A stretch of 64,000 nt of DNA from positions 544,001-608,000 of the forward strand of contig JBBCGK010000001.1 of the NCBI GenBank assembly GCA_037200965.1. Reading direction: 5' to 3'. This document shows positions 36,715 through 44,984 of this stretch, one piece after another (position 1 is the stretch's first letter; the number at the start of each line of letters is the position of its first letter). Made by a program: the position numbers and the translations under genes. Source of the DNA: a bacterium. Lineage in GTDB: Bacteria; Patescibacteriota; Minisyncoccia; Phycocordibacterales; Phycocordibacteraceae. Under the pieces are notes generated by a model. That model was not told the DNA's origin. It ran no database searches and worked only from the letters and a program-made list of their open reading frames with translations.

Positions 36715-37737
36715 TTAATAGCCGTTAACGGGCGAAATGCTGAGAAACTGTGATCCGGGCTCTCCTGCGGGGACGACCACTCCCGCATCCTTGAATGTCT
36801 GTGCCATCGCGACGAACGCGTTGCGCATCGCGATGACGTCGTCAGGATACTTGGCAAGCCCGAGCGAAGTCAGGAGCGGATCGCGATCAAGCGCAGCGAG
36901 CTGTTGTGTCACTGTGCCCATGTTCGCGAGCGCGTTCGCGAGCGCGAGATGTTTCGTCGCGAGTTCCTCGGGTACCGGCACGCTGCTGAGGGCATGTGCT
37001 CCCCCGGTATAGGTCTCGGCGATCTTCCCTATCATGTCGAGCGCCTTTGTGTCGCTTCCACTTATCGCGTCTCCGAGATAGAGGAGCTCGCTCTTTTTTG
37101 AAGGGGCTGTATATCCGGCAAGCGTATTTTCAGCAGCGGCCGCGTAAGTCCGCATTGCTTCCGGGCCGCTTCCCGATACGTTCATTTGCCCGAGCGTAAA
37201 TGCATCCTGTTGCGGCACCGCGCGCTCCAATTCCGAAAGCGCGCTCGCGACGAACGTTGCCATATCGTCCGCGGAAAGAGGCGCTCCCTGATGCGCCGCG
37301 ACGTATTGCGCGAAGAATGCCTGGGCGAACTGCTCGGTGAGGGAGCCGGGAGCTGGCGCTTTCCCCGGAATGTTTTTTGCTATGGTCGAGGAAGCAACCG
37401 AGGATGCCGGTATCGGCGCCTTCGGCACGATAAGTCCCTGCGCGACTGCTTGCGCGTCCGTCATGCCCCGCCCGCCGGTGTCGGTCTTATCCGGATCCGT
37501 ACCGTAGAGCGACTCTTCCCAGTCCGGGAGGCCGTCGCCGTCGGAGTCTTTTACGGCTATGGCCTTGAGGAGATCGTCGGTCGTCCCGGCCTCCGCGTTC
37601 GACGCTTTGAAAAGATGCGGCCACTGCGGGATGAGGTACGCCGCAAACACCATTACCAGGGCAATGGCGAGCGCAACTGGCGTGCTCCATTGTTTCGTTT
37701 TGTTAGTCACACGCGTACCGTAAAGGATAGCACGCAA
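36715..37737 (-). CDS. membrane-anchored protein with thrombospondin-type-3-like Ca-binding motif
   Basis: TM anchor then DSDGDGLPDWEESLYGTDPDKTDTGGRGMTD (DxDxDGxxD TSP3-like repeat); 340 aa. Confidence 0.4.
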   Translation of the reverse strand: MRAILYGTRVTNKTKQWSTPVALAIALVMVFAAYLIPQWPHLFKASNAEAGTTDDLLKAIAVKDSDGDGLPDWEESLYGTDPDKTDTGGRGMTDAQAVAQGLIVPKAPIPASSVASSTIAKNIPGKAPAPGSLTEQFAQAFFAQYVAAHQGAPLSADDMATFVASALSELERAVPQQDAFTLGQMNVSGSGPEAMRTYAAAAENTLAGYTAPSKKSELLYLGDAISGSDTKALDMIGKIAETYTGGAHALSSVPVPEELATKHLALANALANMGTVTQQLAALDRDPLLTSLGLAKYPDDVIAMRNAFVAMAQTFKDAGVVVPAGEPGSQFLSISPVNGY

Positions 37738-37760
37738 GCCCGTTTTACCTCACTATACCT

Positions 37761-38543
37761 TCATGGTGTGTGCATAGCGCTGGCGAGGAGAAGCCATGTG
37801 GAAAGACCCAAATCTTCCGCGCGCGCCTTCTCCGGAACTTCCGCCGCAAGAAACGCATGTTGGATCGCTTCCGGTGCGGCGATTGCCTCCAAATTTCGCG
37901 CCAAAAGCTTCCTTTTATGGGCGAATCCGGCACGGATAGCCGAGAAAAAGGACTCTTCCTGGGCCGTATTCTTGAAATTAGCACGGCCGATGTTTTCTAT
38001 GGTGAGCACGGCCGAGTCTACGGCCGGAGCGGGCACGAACGCGCCTTTGGGGACCGTAAAGCGGTATTTCGGCTCGCCGTACGCCTTCACCGAAAGCGAA
38101 AGCAGGCTCTCCTTCTTGCTTCTGGCGATACGAACGGCCACCTCCTTCTGCACCAGAAGCGTCATCGAGGCGGGCTGGTGCGCGTCGGTAAGGAACCGGC
38201 GCAGGATCTCGCCGCTTATGTAGTACGGAATATTCGCCACGAGGAGATAGCGCTTCGGGAACGCTGCCGTGTCGAACGCGCGGATGTCCTCATGGATAAG
38301 CTCGAGCTTTCCTAAGCCAATCTCCGCGGCGAAGGTTTCCCGGAGTATGGGAATAAGCTCCTTATCGGTCTCGACGGCGACCACATGCCCGGCGCGCGAG
38401 AGGAGTTCCCGCGTGAGAAGCCCGGTTCCGGGACCGATTTCAAGTACGGTGTCTTTGGGGCCGATGCCCGCGGCATCCGCGATGCGTGCGGCAATCGAGG
38501 CGTGCATGAGAAAGTGCTGGCCGAGCGATTTCTTCGCGCGCAT
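37761..38543 (-). CDS. rsmA: 16S rRNA (adenine1518-N6/adenine1519-N6)-dimethyltransferase
   Basis: KSLGQHFL, SAM motif VLEIGPGTGLLT, NIPY motif; 260 aa. Confidence 0.85.
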   Translation of the reverse strand: MRAKKSLGQHFLMHASIAARIADAAGIGPKDTVLEIGPGTGLLTRELLSRAGHVVAVETDKELIPILRETFAAEIGLGKLELIHEDIRAFDTAAFPKRYLLVANIPYYISGEILRRFLTDAHQPASMTLLVQKEVAVRIARSKKESLLSLSVKAYGEPKYRFTVPKGAFVPAPAVDSAVLTIENIGRANFKNTAQEESFFSAIRAGFAHKRKLLARNLEAIAAPEAIQHAFLAAEVPEKARAEDLGLSTWLLLASAMHTP

Positions 38544-38546
38544 AGA

Positions 38547-38840
38547 TTAGAAACTCCGGCGCTTTAACGCGCGAAGCAGGTCCGGCCCGTATCCCTGGCT
38601 TCGATGCCGCAGAACCAGGACGATCAGTTCGTCTTTTTTGCACCGGCGGATGGCCCGCCAGTCTCCGACCCGGAGGGAGCGATAGTCCGAAAGCGGGTAC
38701 CCGAGAGGCTTCCCGGGAAGCGCCATGCGCGCATACTGCTGTTCGATAGACGTATGTACGCACTTCCATACCGAAGCGTCGAGACTCCGCGCGTCTTTGG
38801 CAATAACCTCGCTATGATAGCTAACGCGCCACGCGCTCAT
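38547..38840 (-). CDS. RelE/ParE-family type II toxin (ATG at 38840; ORF-track extension to 38927 unlikely)
   Basis: C-terminal PLSDYRSLRVGDWRAIRRCKKDELIVLVLRHRSQGY matches the RelE/ParE core; start overlaps antitoxin stop by 20 nt. Confidence 0.7.
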   Translation of the reverse strand: MSAWRVSYHSEVIAKDARSLDASVWKCVHTSIEQQYARMALPGKPLGYPLSDYRSLRVGDWRAIRRCKKDELIVLVLRHRSQGYGPDLLRALKRRSF

Positions 38841-39102
38841 CGTGCAATTTGCGCCAGAGCGCGTCTGCCTCGCCCGCGCTGAGGTATTTCGTGCCCGGGG
38901 CGGTACGTTCCTTGAGCATCTTCGCAAGCGCCCGCTGCTCTTTCGGCGTTATATATTCGAATTCTTCTTCCGCAATAGCCGCGTCAAGCATTCTGGCGGC
39001 GATGGTGGCGCGCGGAGTCCGTTCCCGCTTGGCGCGAAGGGAGAGCGCCCGCGCGGTCGACGGCGCGAGTGTCACCAGCATGCGCTCCTTGGTTGTCGCC
39101 AT
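38821..39102 (-). CDS. Ribbon-helix-helix (CopG/ParD-like) antitoxin
   Basis: 93-aa protein, N-terminal MLVTLAPSTARALSLRAKRERTPRATIAARML beta-strand plus helix RHH pattern; immediately upstream of toxin. Confidence 0.55.
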   Translation of the reverse strand: MATTKERMLVTLAPSTARALSLRAKRERTPRATIAARMLDAAIAEEEFEYITPKEQRALAKMLKERTAPGTKYLSAGEADALWRKLHDERVAR

Positions 39103-39145
39103 ATATCAAAAGTGTATCACCTGCTCCGCGCGTGCGCAACCGGAA

Positions 39146-42139
39146 TCACGCCTCGATGATACGTTCCTGTCCGGAATGTCTCATGAGCGCGGGATCGATG
39201 TCGTGCAAGAAGTTCGACGGCTCGGTGATAAAGTCGGCGCCGTAGATGCGGCGGATGCGTGCGAGCGTAAGCACGAGGCGTTTTTTCGCGCGCGTCATCG
39301 CGACATAGAAGAGGCGCCGCTCCTCTTCGTCGTCGTCTTCCTCGTTGCGCTCGTGCGGGAACAACCCTTCTTCAAGTCCGCTTACGAACACCAGATCGAA
39401 CTCGAGTCCTTTCGCCGCGTGCACCGTCATGAGCGTAACGCCCGTCTTCCCTTCAACGCGGTCGAGCTCGTCCTGGTCTCCCGCAAGAGCCGCGTCCGCA
39501 AGGAACGCCGCGATGCCTCCCCGCCCCGGAGTATCGTCGTAGCGCGTCGCCAGAGTAGCGAGCTCCTGGATGTTCTCGAAGCGTTCCTTCTCTTCTTCGT
39601 TTCCGTGCTCGAGTTCGGCCTTAAGCCCGCTCTTCTCGACGACGAGCCGCACGAACTCCGAAGGTGCCGCGCTTTCGGCGCTTCGCGAAAGTTCCCCGAC
39701 TATCGCTTCGAACGCCGCGACTTTCGCCTTCTCGCCCGCCCGGAGCTCGTCGCGCTTTCCTGCCGAAAGTTTCCCGAGCGTCGTCTTGCCGATGCCGCGC
39801 GTTGGCGCCTGCACCGCGCGCATCCGGTCCGCTTCGCGCGAGGGTTCAAGCGAAAGACGCACCCACGCGAGTACGTCTTTCACCTCCTTGCGGTCGTAGA
39901 ACCTCGTACCTAAGAGCTTGTACGAAATCCCTTCGGCAAGGAACGCCTCCTCGAGCGCGCGGGACTGGAAGTTAGTGCGAAACAGAACCGCGATTTCTTC
40001 CGGTGCCGTGCCGTTTCGTATCACGCGTCCCGTCTCGTGCGCGATCCAACGCGCTTCGTCTTCCGCGTTGTCCGCGACGTGGAGCGTGATCGGATCGCCA
40101 GGTGCGTTTTCCGTAACCGAGCGCTTTTCTTTCCGGCGCCGGTTTTTTTCGATCACGGCGTTCGCCGCGGAAACGATCGTCGCCGTCGATCGGTAGTTAT
40201 GCTCGAGCATGATGGTTTTCGCGCTCGGGTAGGTTTCGTCAAACGCGAGCAGGTTGTCTATCGTCGCGCCGCGCCAGCTATAGATGCAATTGTGCGTCGC
40301 GATGCCATTCGCGACGAAATTGTGTGTGCCTTCAATGTCGATGTCGTATACCCGCACTTTCCTTGCGGGGACGCGTTCAACCTTATCTACAAGGTCGTAT
40401 CCTCCCTCGGAATCAAAGACCGCCATGCCCGGCCGTACGCTTGCGGCGGGAAGGAGCGGAAGCGAATTCCCGTCCCTGAGCCTCGCCTTTTTCCCGCCAA
40501 GCCGTGCCGCACGCACGATGCTCGCGCTTGGAAACGCGACGCGAAGGCGTTCGACGCTTTCAAGCAGTGCCCCGTAACTCTTATGGGCGGATTCGAATCG
40601 CCAGCTGGCAGATCCTTTCTTTGCCGGACGCACGGAGAATCCGGCCTTTCGTAAAAGGATGCTGCCTTCCTCGTCGCTACCCACCACCGATATCCTGTGC
40701 ATTGTTGTTTCCCCGCGCCGGTCGCCGCACAACGTTATGTTGATGTTTCGCCGGTCGCTCCGGGTCGCCTGCGCGCGGTGGTGCGGATGCGCAGGAGAAA
40801 GGAAGAGGTCGTCCATAAGTTTCTTCGCACCGGACTCAGTATCGAAAGAAGCGAAGACGGAATCGATCGTTCCTTGATCATGAACGTATCCTCCGGTGCC
40901 GCTCCCCTTGCGCGCGACAAACGGGAGCGTCGGGATACCATATGAAAGGGACAGCTTGTATTCCATCACCCGTGCTGCCCGGGAAGTATCGTGTGTCCCG
41001 AGAACCCACACCGCGTCTCCGTGCTCCTGGTTGCAGCGCTGCTGGAATCCGGCCATAGCCAGGCGCTGTCCGTTCGTATAGGCGCGCGAAACGCCGAGCC
41101 GCCAGCCGACACCGTTTTTTGCCATGAGATACGTAAAATAAAGTTGCGGCATGAGTCCGAGCCGATATCCGGCGAAATGCACGTGTTCTGGCGTGCTCGT
41201 GAGGATCCGTCCCGCGGCCGTGGTTATGCGCACCAATGTGCCAGAGTGCGTCCGCTGCTTAGCGCGAATAACGCGCGCGGCGCGCGTATCGCCGCTTCCG
41301 TAGTTCGACCGAACCTCGTCGCCTATTCGTATCTTCTCGATGTTCCTTTCGGAACCGTCGGCCATTGCCACTTTCGTCCCGGCGACAAGGCATTGATCGA
41401 TATCTCCGACCACAAATACGTTCCCGTGCCGCCTGGAAAGCATGCCGACGAGCGTTCCTTGAAGCGCGTTCGTATCCTGAAACTCGTCAATGTGGAGATA
41501 GTCCCAGCGCTCCTGCGCGAGCGCACGTACGTCCTCATGCTCGCGCAGGAGCCGTACCGGAAGCGAGATGAGATCGTCGAAGTCGAGCGCTTTCTCTTCC
41601 CTCAGCGTTTTCTCATAGCGCAGCCACGCTTCGGCGACGATACGCCCCCCGAAGCTTTTGCGGCCATGCTCGGCATAGAAGCTCTCCGCGGTTTCTCCCG
41701 CTCCCTTGGCCTTCGATATGCGCGACAACACCGCTCTTGGCGAAAGTTCCTTCGTGTCGACATCAAGTTCCTTGAGAGCCTTGCCGATCGCTTTCTGGGA
41801 GTCGTCCCGGTCGAAGATGGTGAAGTGCCTCGGCACGCCGATCTTTGCGCCGTACGACTCGAGAAGCTCGCGGCCGAGCCCGTGGAATGTGGCGATGAAA
41901 GGCGGCCGGCCGCCGTGAAGAAGCCTTGAAAGCCGCTCGCGCATCTCGCGCGCGGCTTTGTTGGTAAAGGTGACGGCGAGGATCTTCTCGGCGGGCACCC
42001 CCTCCTTTATAAGGTGGTAAATCCGGGTGGTAAGCACCTTCGTTTTCCCCGATCCTGCCCCGGCAAGCACCGATACCGGGCCGGCGGTCGCGAGAACCGC
42101 CGCTTTTTGGGCGTCATTAAGGTCTTCGAGGTGGTTCAC
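39146..42139 (-). CDS. uvrD: UvrD/PcrA-family ATP-dependent DNA helicase, interrupted by an in-frame intein (GTG start)
   Basis: Motif I AGAGSGKT, motif II IDEFQD, motif III split as VVGDIDQ / CIYSWRGA around the intein, C-terminal motifs VHAAKGLEFD and YVAMTRAK; 997 aa including 368-aa insertion. Confidence 0.9.
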   Translation of the reverse strand: MNHLEDLNDAQKAAVLATAGPVSVLAGAGSGKTKVLTTRIYHLIKEGVPAEKILAVTFTNKAAREMRERLSRLLHGGRPPFIATFHGLGRELLESYGAKIGVPRHFTIFDRDDSQKAIGKALKELDVDTKELSPRAVLSRISKAKGAGETAESFYAEHGRKSFGGRIVAEAWLRYEKTLREEKALDFDDLISLPVRLLREHEDVRALAQERWDYLHIDEFQDTNALQGTLVGMLSRRHGNVFVVGDIDQCLVAGTKVAMADGSERNIEKIRIGDEVRSNYGSGDTRAARVIRAKQRTHSGTLVRITTAAGRILTSTPEHVHFAGYRLGLMPQLYFTYLMAKNGVGWRLGVSRAYTNGQRLAMAGFQQRCNQEHGDAVWVLGTHDTSRAARVMEYKLSLSYGIPTLPFVARKGSGTGGYVHDQGTIDSVFASFDTESGAKKLMDDLFLSPAHPHHRAQATRSDRRNINITLCGDRRGETTMHRISVVGSDEEGSILLRKAGFSVRPAKKGSASWRFESAHKSYGALLESVERLRVAFPSASIVRAARLGGKKARLRDGNSLPLLPAASVRPGMAVFDSEGGYDLVDKVERVPARKVRVYDIDIEGTHNFVANGIATHNCIYSWRGATIDNLLAFDETYPSAKTIMLEHNYRSTATIVSAANAVIEKNRRRKEKRSVTENAPGDPITLHVADNAEDEARWIAHETGRVIRNGTAPEEIAVLFRTNFQSRALEEAFLAEGISYKLLGTRFYDRKEVKDVLAWVRLSLEPSREADRMRAVQAPTRGIGKTTLGKLSAGKRDELRAGEKAKVAAFEAIVGELSRSAESAAPSEFVRLVVEKSGLKAELEHGNEEEKERFENIQELATLATRYDDTPGRGGIAAFLADAALAGDQDELDRVEGKTGVTLMTVHAAKGLEFDLVFVSGLEEGLFPHERNEEDDDEEERRLFYVAMTRAKKRLVLTLARIRRIYGADFITEPSNFLHDIDPALMRHSGQERIIEA
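40289..41392 (-). other. Intein (Hint domain, 368 aa) inserted in helicase motif III of UvrD
   Basis: Starts with Cys in block A CLVAGTKVAMADG, ends block G VYDIDIEGTHNFVANGIATHN followed by +1 Cys; extein junction reconstitutes GDIDQ-CIYSWRGA; central 200 aa may be a degenerate endonuclease domain. Confidence 0.75.
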
Positions 42140-42500
42140 CGGTCAAATATACCCCACATTCCCCTATCCCCAGCTTCACCAAGCCTTCATTGACAGGGGT
42201 TTTTGCCCGGGTAAGATAGCTGAATCGACTGACCCGGAAGAACTCAAGAAATGGCCCATATAAGCCGTTTTTGTACTTGGGAGCACGCCTGAACAACCTT
42301 TAAACCGTATCTTCTCGAACAAGAATCTTCCTGATTCCAAAGGGCGCAAAGGTGCACCTCAGGACGCATATCGGCTGATCCACCCCGCAACCGCGGCGTG
42401 CCTCGCCCTCTGTCTTCTTTTTCTCCTGGCCCCGGGCCTTGCGAAGGCTTTTTCGCTTTCCGGGCTCTTCGGAAGCCCTGCCCAGGGTGCTTCGGGGGTA

Positions 42501-43439
42501 ATGACCGTCGTTCCCGACCCGGGCCTCGCCCTTCTTGCTTCCCCGACCAATTCCGACCCGAATGCCGGAAGCGCTCCGGACGCCCCCGACACCACCGGGG
42601 GCGCTGCGCTTGTCGCCCATACCGGGCCTGCGGGCACCATCGCCGATATCGTCGAAATGCCCGCAAACGACCAAATTTCTACATATGTCGTTCGTTCGGG
42701 CGACTCGATTTCCGATATTGCCCAGATGTTCGATGTTTCCGTAAATACCATCATTTGGGCCAATAACCTGAAGAGCGCCAAGGATATTCATGTGGGACAG
42801 ACGCTCGTCATTCTTCCGGTCTCGGGCCTCAAGTACACGGTCGTTAAGGGCGATACGCTTGCGGGGGTCGCGAAGAAATACGGAGCGGACGCGGAAGAAA
42901 TAGCGCAGTTCAGCGGTCTTGAGGGTGCCGCGCCGCTTGTTGCCGGGCAAGTACTCATTATTCCGGGAGGCGAGCTTGCGGCTGCGGCTCCTGCGAAGAA
43001 AACCAGTACGTCGAAAACTCCTGCGAACCCGCTTCGCGGCGCGAGCGGTCCTTCCATCCCCGGCTACTACGGAAACCCTCTTCCGGGCGCCATTCTTACG
43101 CAGGGCCTTCACGGCAACAACGGCGTCGACCTCGGAAAGCCTTCGGGAGCACCTATCCTTGCGGCGGCGGCGGGTACCGTCATCGTCTCGAAAGCCGACG
43201 GCGCGTGGAACGGCGGATATGGAAGCTACGTGGTTATAAGCCACGGCAACGGCACCCAGACGCTTTACGCGCACATGAGCCGCGACATCGCGACGGTCGG
43301 CGAGACGGTCGCGAAGGGCGACGTCATCGGCTACGTCGGCCGCACGGGCGAAGCCACCGGCCCGCACCTCCACTTCGAAGTCCGCGGCGCGAAGAATCCC
43401 ATTCCCGCTTCCTGCGCCGTCGGGAGGGCGTGCTGGTAA
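42501..43439 (+). CDS. LysM-domain M23-family peptidoglycan endopeptidase
   Basis: Two LysM repeats (YVVRSGDSISDIAQMF..., YTVVKGDTLAGVAKKYG...), M23 motifs HGNNGVD and GYVGRTGEATGPHLHFEV. Confidence 0.8.
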   Translation: MTVVPDPGLALLASPTNSDPNAGSAPDAPDTTGGAALVAHTGPAGTIADIVEMPANDQISTYVVRSGDSISDIAQMFDVSVNTIIWANNLKSAKDIHVGQTLVILPVSGLKYTVVKGDTLAGVAKKYGADAEEIAQFSGLEGAAPLVAGQVLIIPGGELAAAAPAKKTSTSKTPANPLRGASGPSIPGYYGNPLPGAILTQGLHGNNGVDLGKPSGAPILAAAAGTVIVSKADGAWNGGYGSYVVISHGNGTQTLYAHMSRDIATVGETVAKGDVIGYVGRTGEATGPHLHFEVRGAKNPIPASCAVGRACW

Positions 43440-43495
43440 CAATATTTCAATAACAAAAGCAATTACTGGTACAAACATAAGCTGCATCAGCTTAA

Positions 43496-44446
43496 TATCG
43501 CACTAACATATCGAACACTCTTGCAGTCGAGCATACGGCGTCTTGAGCTCGATGCCAAGGTGCGGCCGTTCGTGGTTGTATTCGCGCAGAAAGGCCTGAT
43601 ACTGGGCATTGAGGTCCTCCATTGAAGCGGGCTTTTTCATGAAGCGCCAGAAGAACTCCTCCTCGTCGGTGCGGAATGACCGCTCGATGACCGCGTTCTC
43701 ATTCGGGTTCGCCTTGTGGATGAAATGATGCTTCCAGCCGAGTTCCCCAGTCACGAAGGCGCGGAAGCGGCTCTGGAACTCAAGGCCGTTGTCGGTCTGC
43801 ACGAAATCCGGTACGAACGGCAGCGAAACCGTCCGCAGGGCCTCGATGGAGAAGTCCTGCACGAGCTCGGGGAAGATGACGCCAGCTTTGTATCGGCTCC
43901 AAATATCAATGACGGCATACAGATACAGGGTATGCGGGAGCCCCGACAGCTCGGGCGTCACGTACTTCACATCCATCTGAAGCTTCCCGGGCGCGGTCAC
44001 GTTCTTGAGATACATATGCGTGGTCTCCTGATATCTCGGCCGTCGGTATGACGCGCCTTCCAGTATATGACCTTTCGCTTTGAGGAAGCGATGGATGGTC
44101 GCCGGGTGCTCGGAGAGGCCGAGCAGCACTTTGAGCTTGCGCGCCCCGTATCCTTTCTCTTCGCGCAGGCGCAAGAGCGCCTCAGCCCGCTCTCCCGAGA
44201 GCGTCCTGCGGCGAAGACGCTTCGGTCTTGTCGACTTGCGGACAAGCTGCCGCGTCGAGAGCGCAAACCGGCTCCGGATGCTCCGGGCTCGCTTCTTCCA
44301 GAACACCACCGTGCCCGGAGATATGCCGAGTGTCCGTGCGGTTTCGCGCACCTTTCCTCCCGACTTCTTCAATTTCCTGATGATTTCCCTGGGTTCTTTG
44401 CGCATATCCTCCTTAGTATTAGGGAGTGTTCGATATGCAGTGCGAC
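43496..44446 (-). mobile_element. IS481-family-like insertion sequence (about 951 bp) with terminal inverted repeats and 5-bp target duplication
   Basis: IRs TCGCACTAACATATCGAACACTC (43498-43520) and reverse complement of 44423-44445 (21/23 identical); direct repeat CTTAA at 43491-43495 and 44447-44451; single DDE transposase inside. Confidence 0.7.
43503..44405 (-). CDS. DDE transposase (HTH + rve integrase core), IS481-like
   Basis: N-terminal HTH ETARTLGISPGTVVFWKK; DDE core DVKYV...LYLYAVIDIWSRY...VQTDNGLEFQS...ANPNENAVIERSF. Confidence 0.8.
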   Translation of the reverse strand: MRKEPREIIRKLKKSGGKVRETARTLGISPGTVVFWKKRARSIRSRFALSTRQLVRKSTRPKRLRRRTLSGERAEALLRLREEKGYGARKLKVLLGLSEHPATIHRFLKAKGHILEGASYRRPRYQETTHMYLKNVTAPGKLQMDVKYVTPELSGLPHTLYLYAVIDIWSRYKAGVIFPELVQDFSIEALRTVSLPFVPDFVQTDNGLEFQSRFRAFVTGELGWKHHFIHKANPNENAVIERSFRTDEEEFFWRFMKKPASMEDLNAQYQAFLREYNHERPHLGIELKTPYARLQECSIC

Positions 44447-44541
44447 CTTAAGCATCAGTTGCGTTCGCGACGGTTTTTGATAGCATTCGCGGAATCGCCG
44501 TAGGTTTTGGATGCGGCGCAACGAGTAAGAGGGAGAATAAG

Positions 44542-44898
44542 ATGGGCGACAAATCGCCAGAGTACCTTCCGTACGAAGAATTCCACGCGTGTCTCAAAAG
44601 ACGCCTGCCCAGGCTAAATCCCGGGAACAGGGACGACATGCAATTTCTGAGTGCCGCCGCCGTCTTGCGCAACTGCATCGCAGAAGAACATCGGCTTGCC
44701 GTGCTTGAGGACATCAGCGCGGGTCTTGCTGTGCTTCACGGCAACGAACATCCGGACGCCGAGCGAATGCGGAAGCTCCTGGAAACGCTGCGCCGGGGCG
44801 TCTACTTCACCGGGTATCCGTCGGAGGAATCTGCAAGCAAGACTCCTCCGCTTCCGCGGGGCGGAGTTATCAATGGCGACTGCACGCAATCCATGTGA
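44542..44898 (+). CDS. hypothetical protein
   Basis: 118-aa ORF with SD GAGGGAGAATAAG upstream; no motif. Confidence 0.3.
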   Translation: MGDKSPEYLPYEEFHACLKRRLPRLNPGNRDDMQFLSAAAVLRNCIAEEHRLAVLEDISAGLAVLHGNEHPDAERMRKLLETLRRGVYFTGYPSEESASKTPPLPRGGVINGDCTQSM

Positions 44899-44984
44899 CG
44901 GATTCGGCACACTTGCAGGCGGCGGGGGATCGTTTCCTCCCCCGCCTGTTTTCTTTTGTACAGATTGGTTAAACTGAAAGTTGT

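Noticed and set aside
37186-38223. 345-aa plus-strand ORF
   Set aside because: Antisense to rsmA and the upstream operon gene.
38849-41929. Two long plus-strand ORFs (354 aa and 312 aa)
   Set aside because: Antisense to the UvrD helicase/intein gene; no motifs.
42300-43487. 395-aa minus-strand ORF
   Set aside because: Lies entirely antisense to the well-supported LysM-M23 peptidase gene. Its translation is Arg/Gly-rich low-complexity typical of antisense frames in high-GC DNA.
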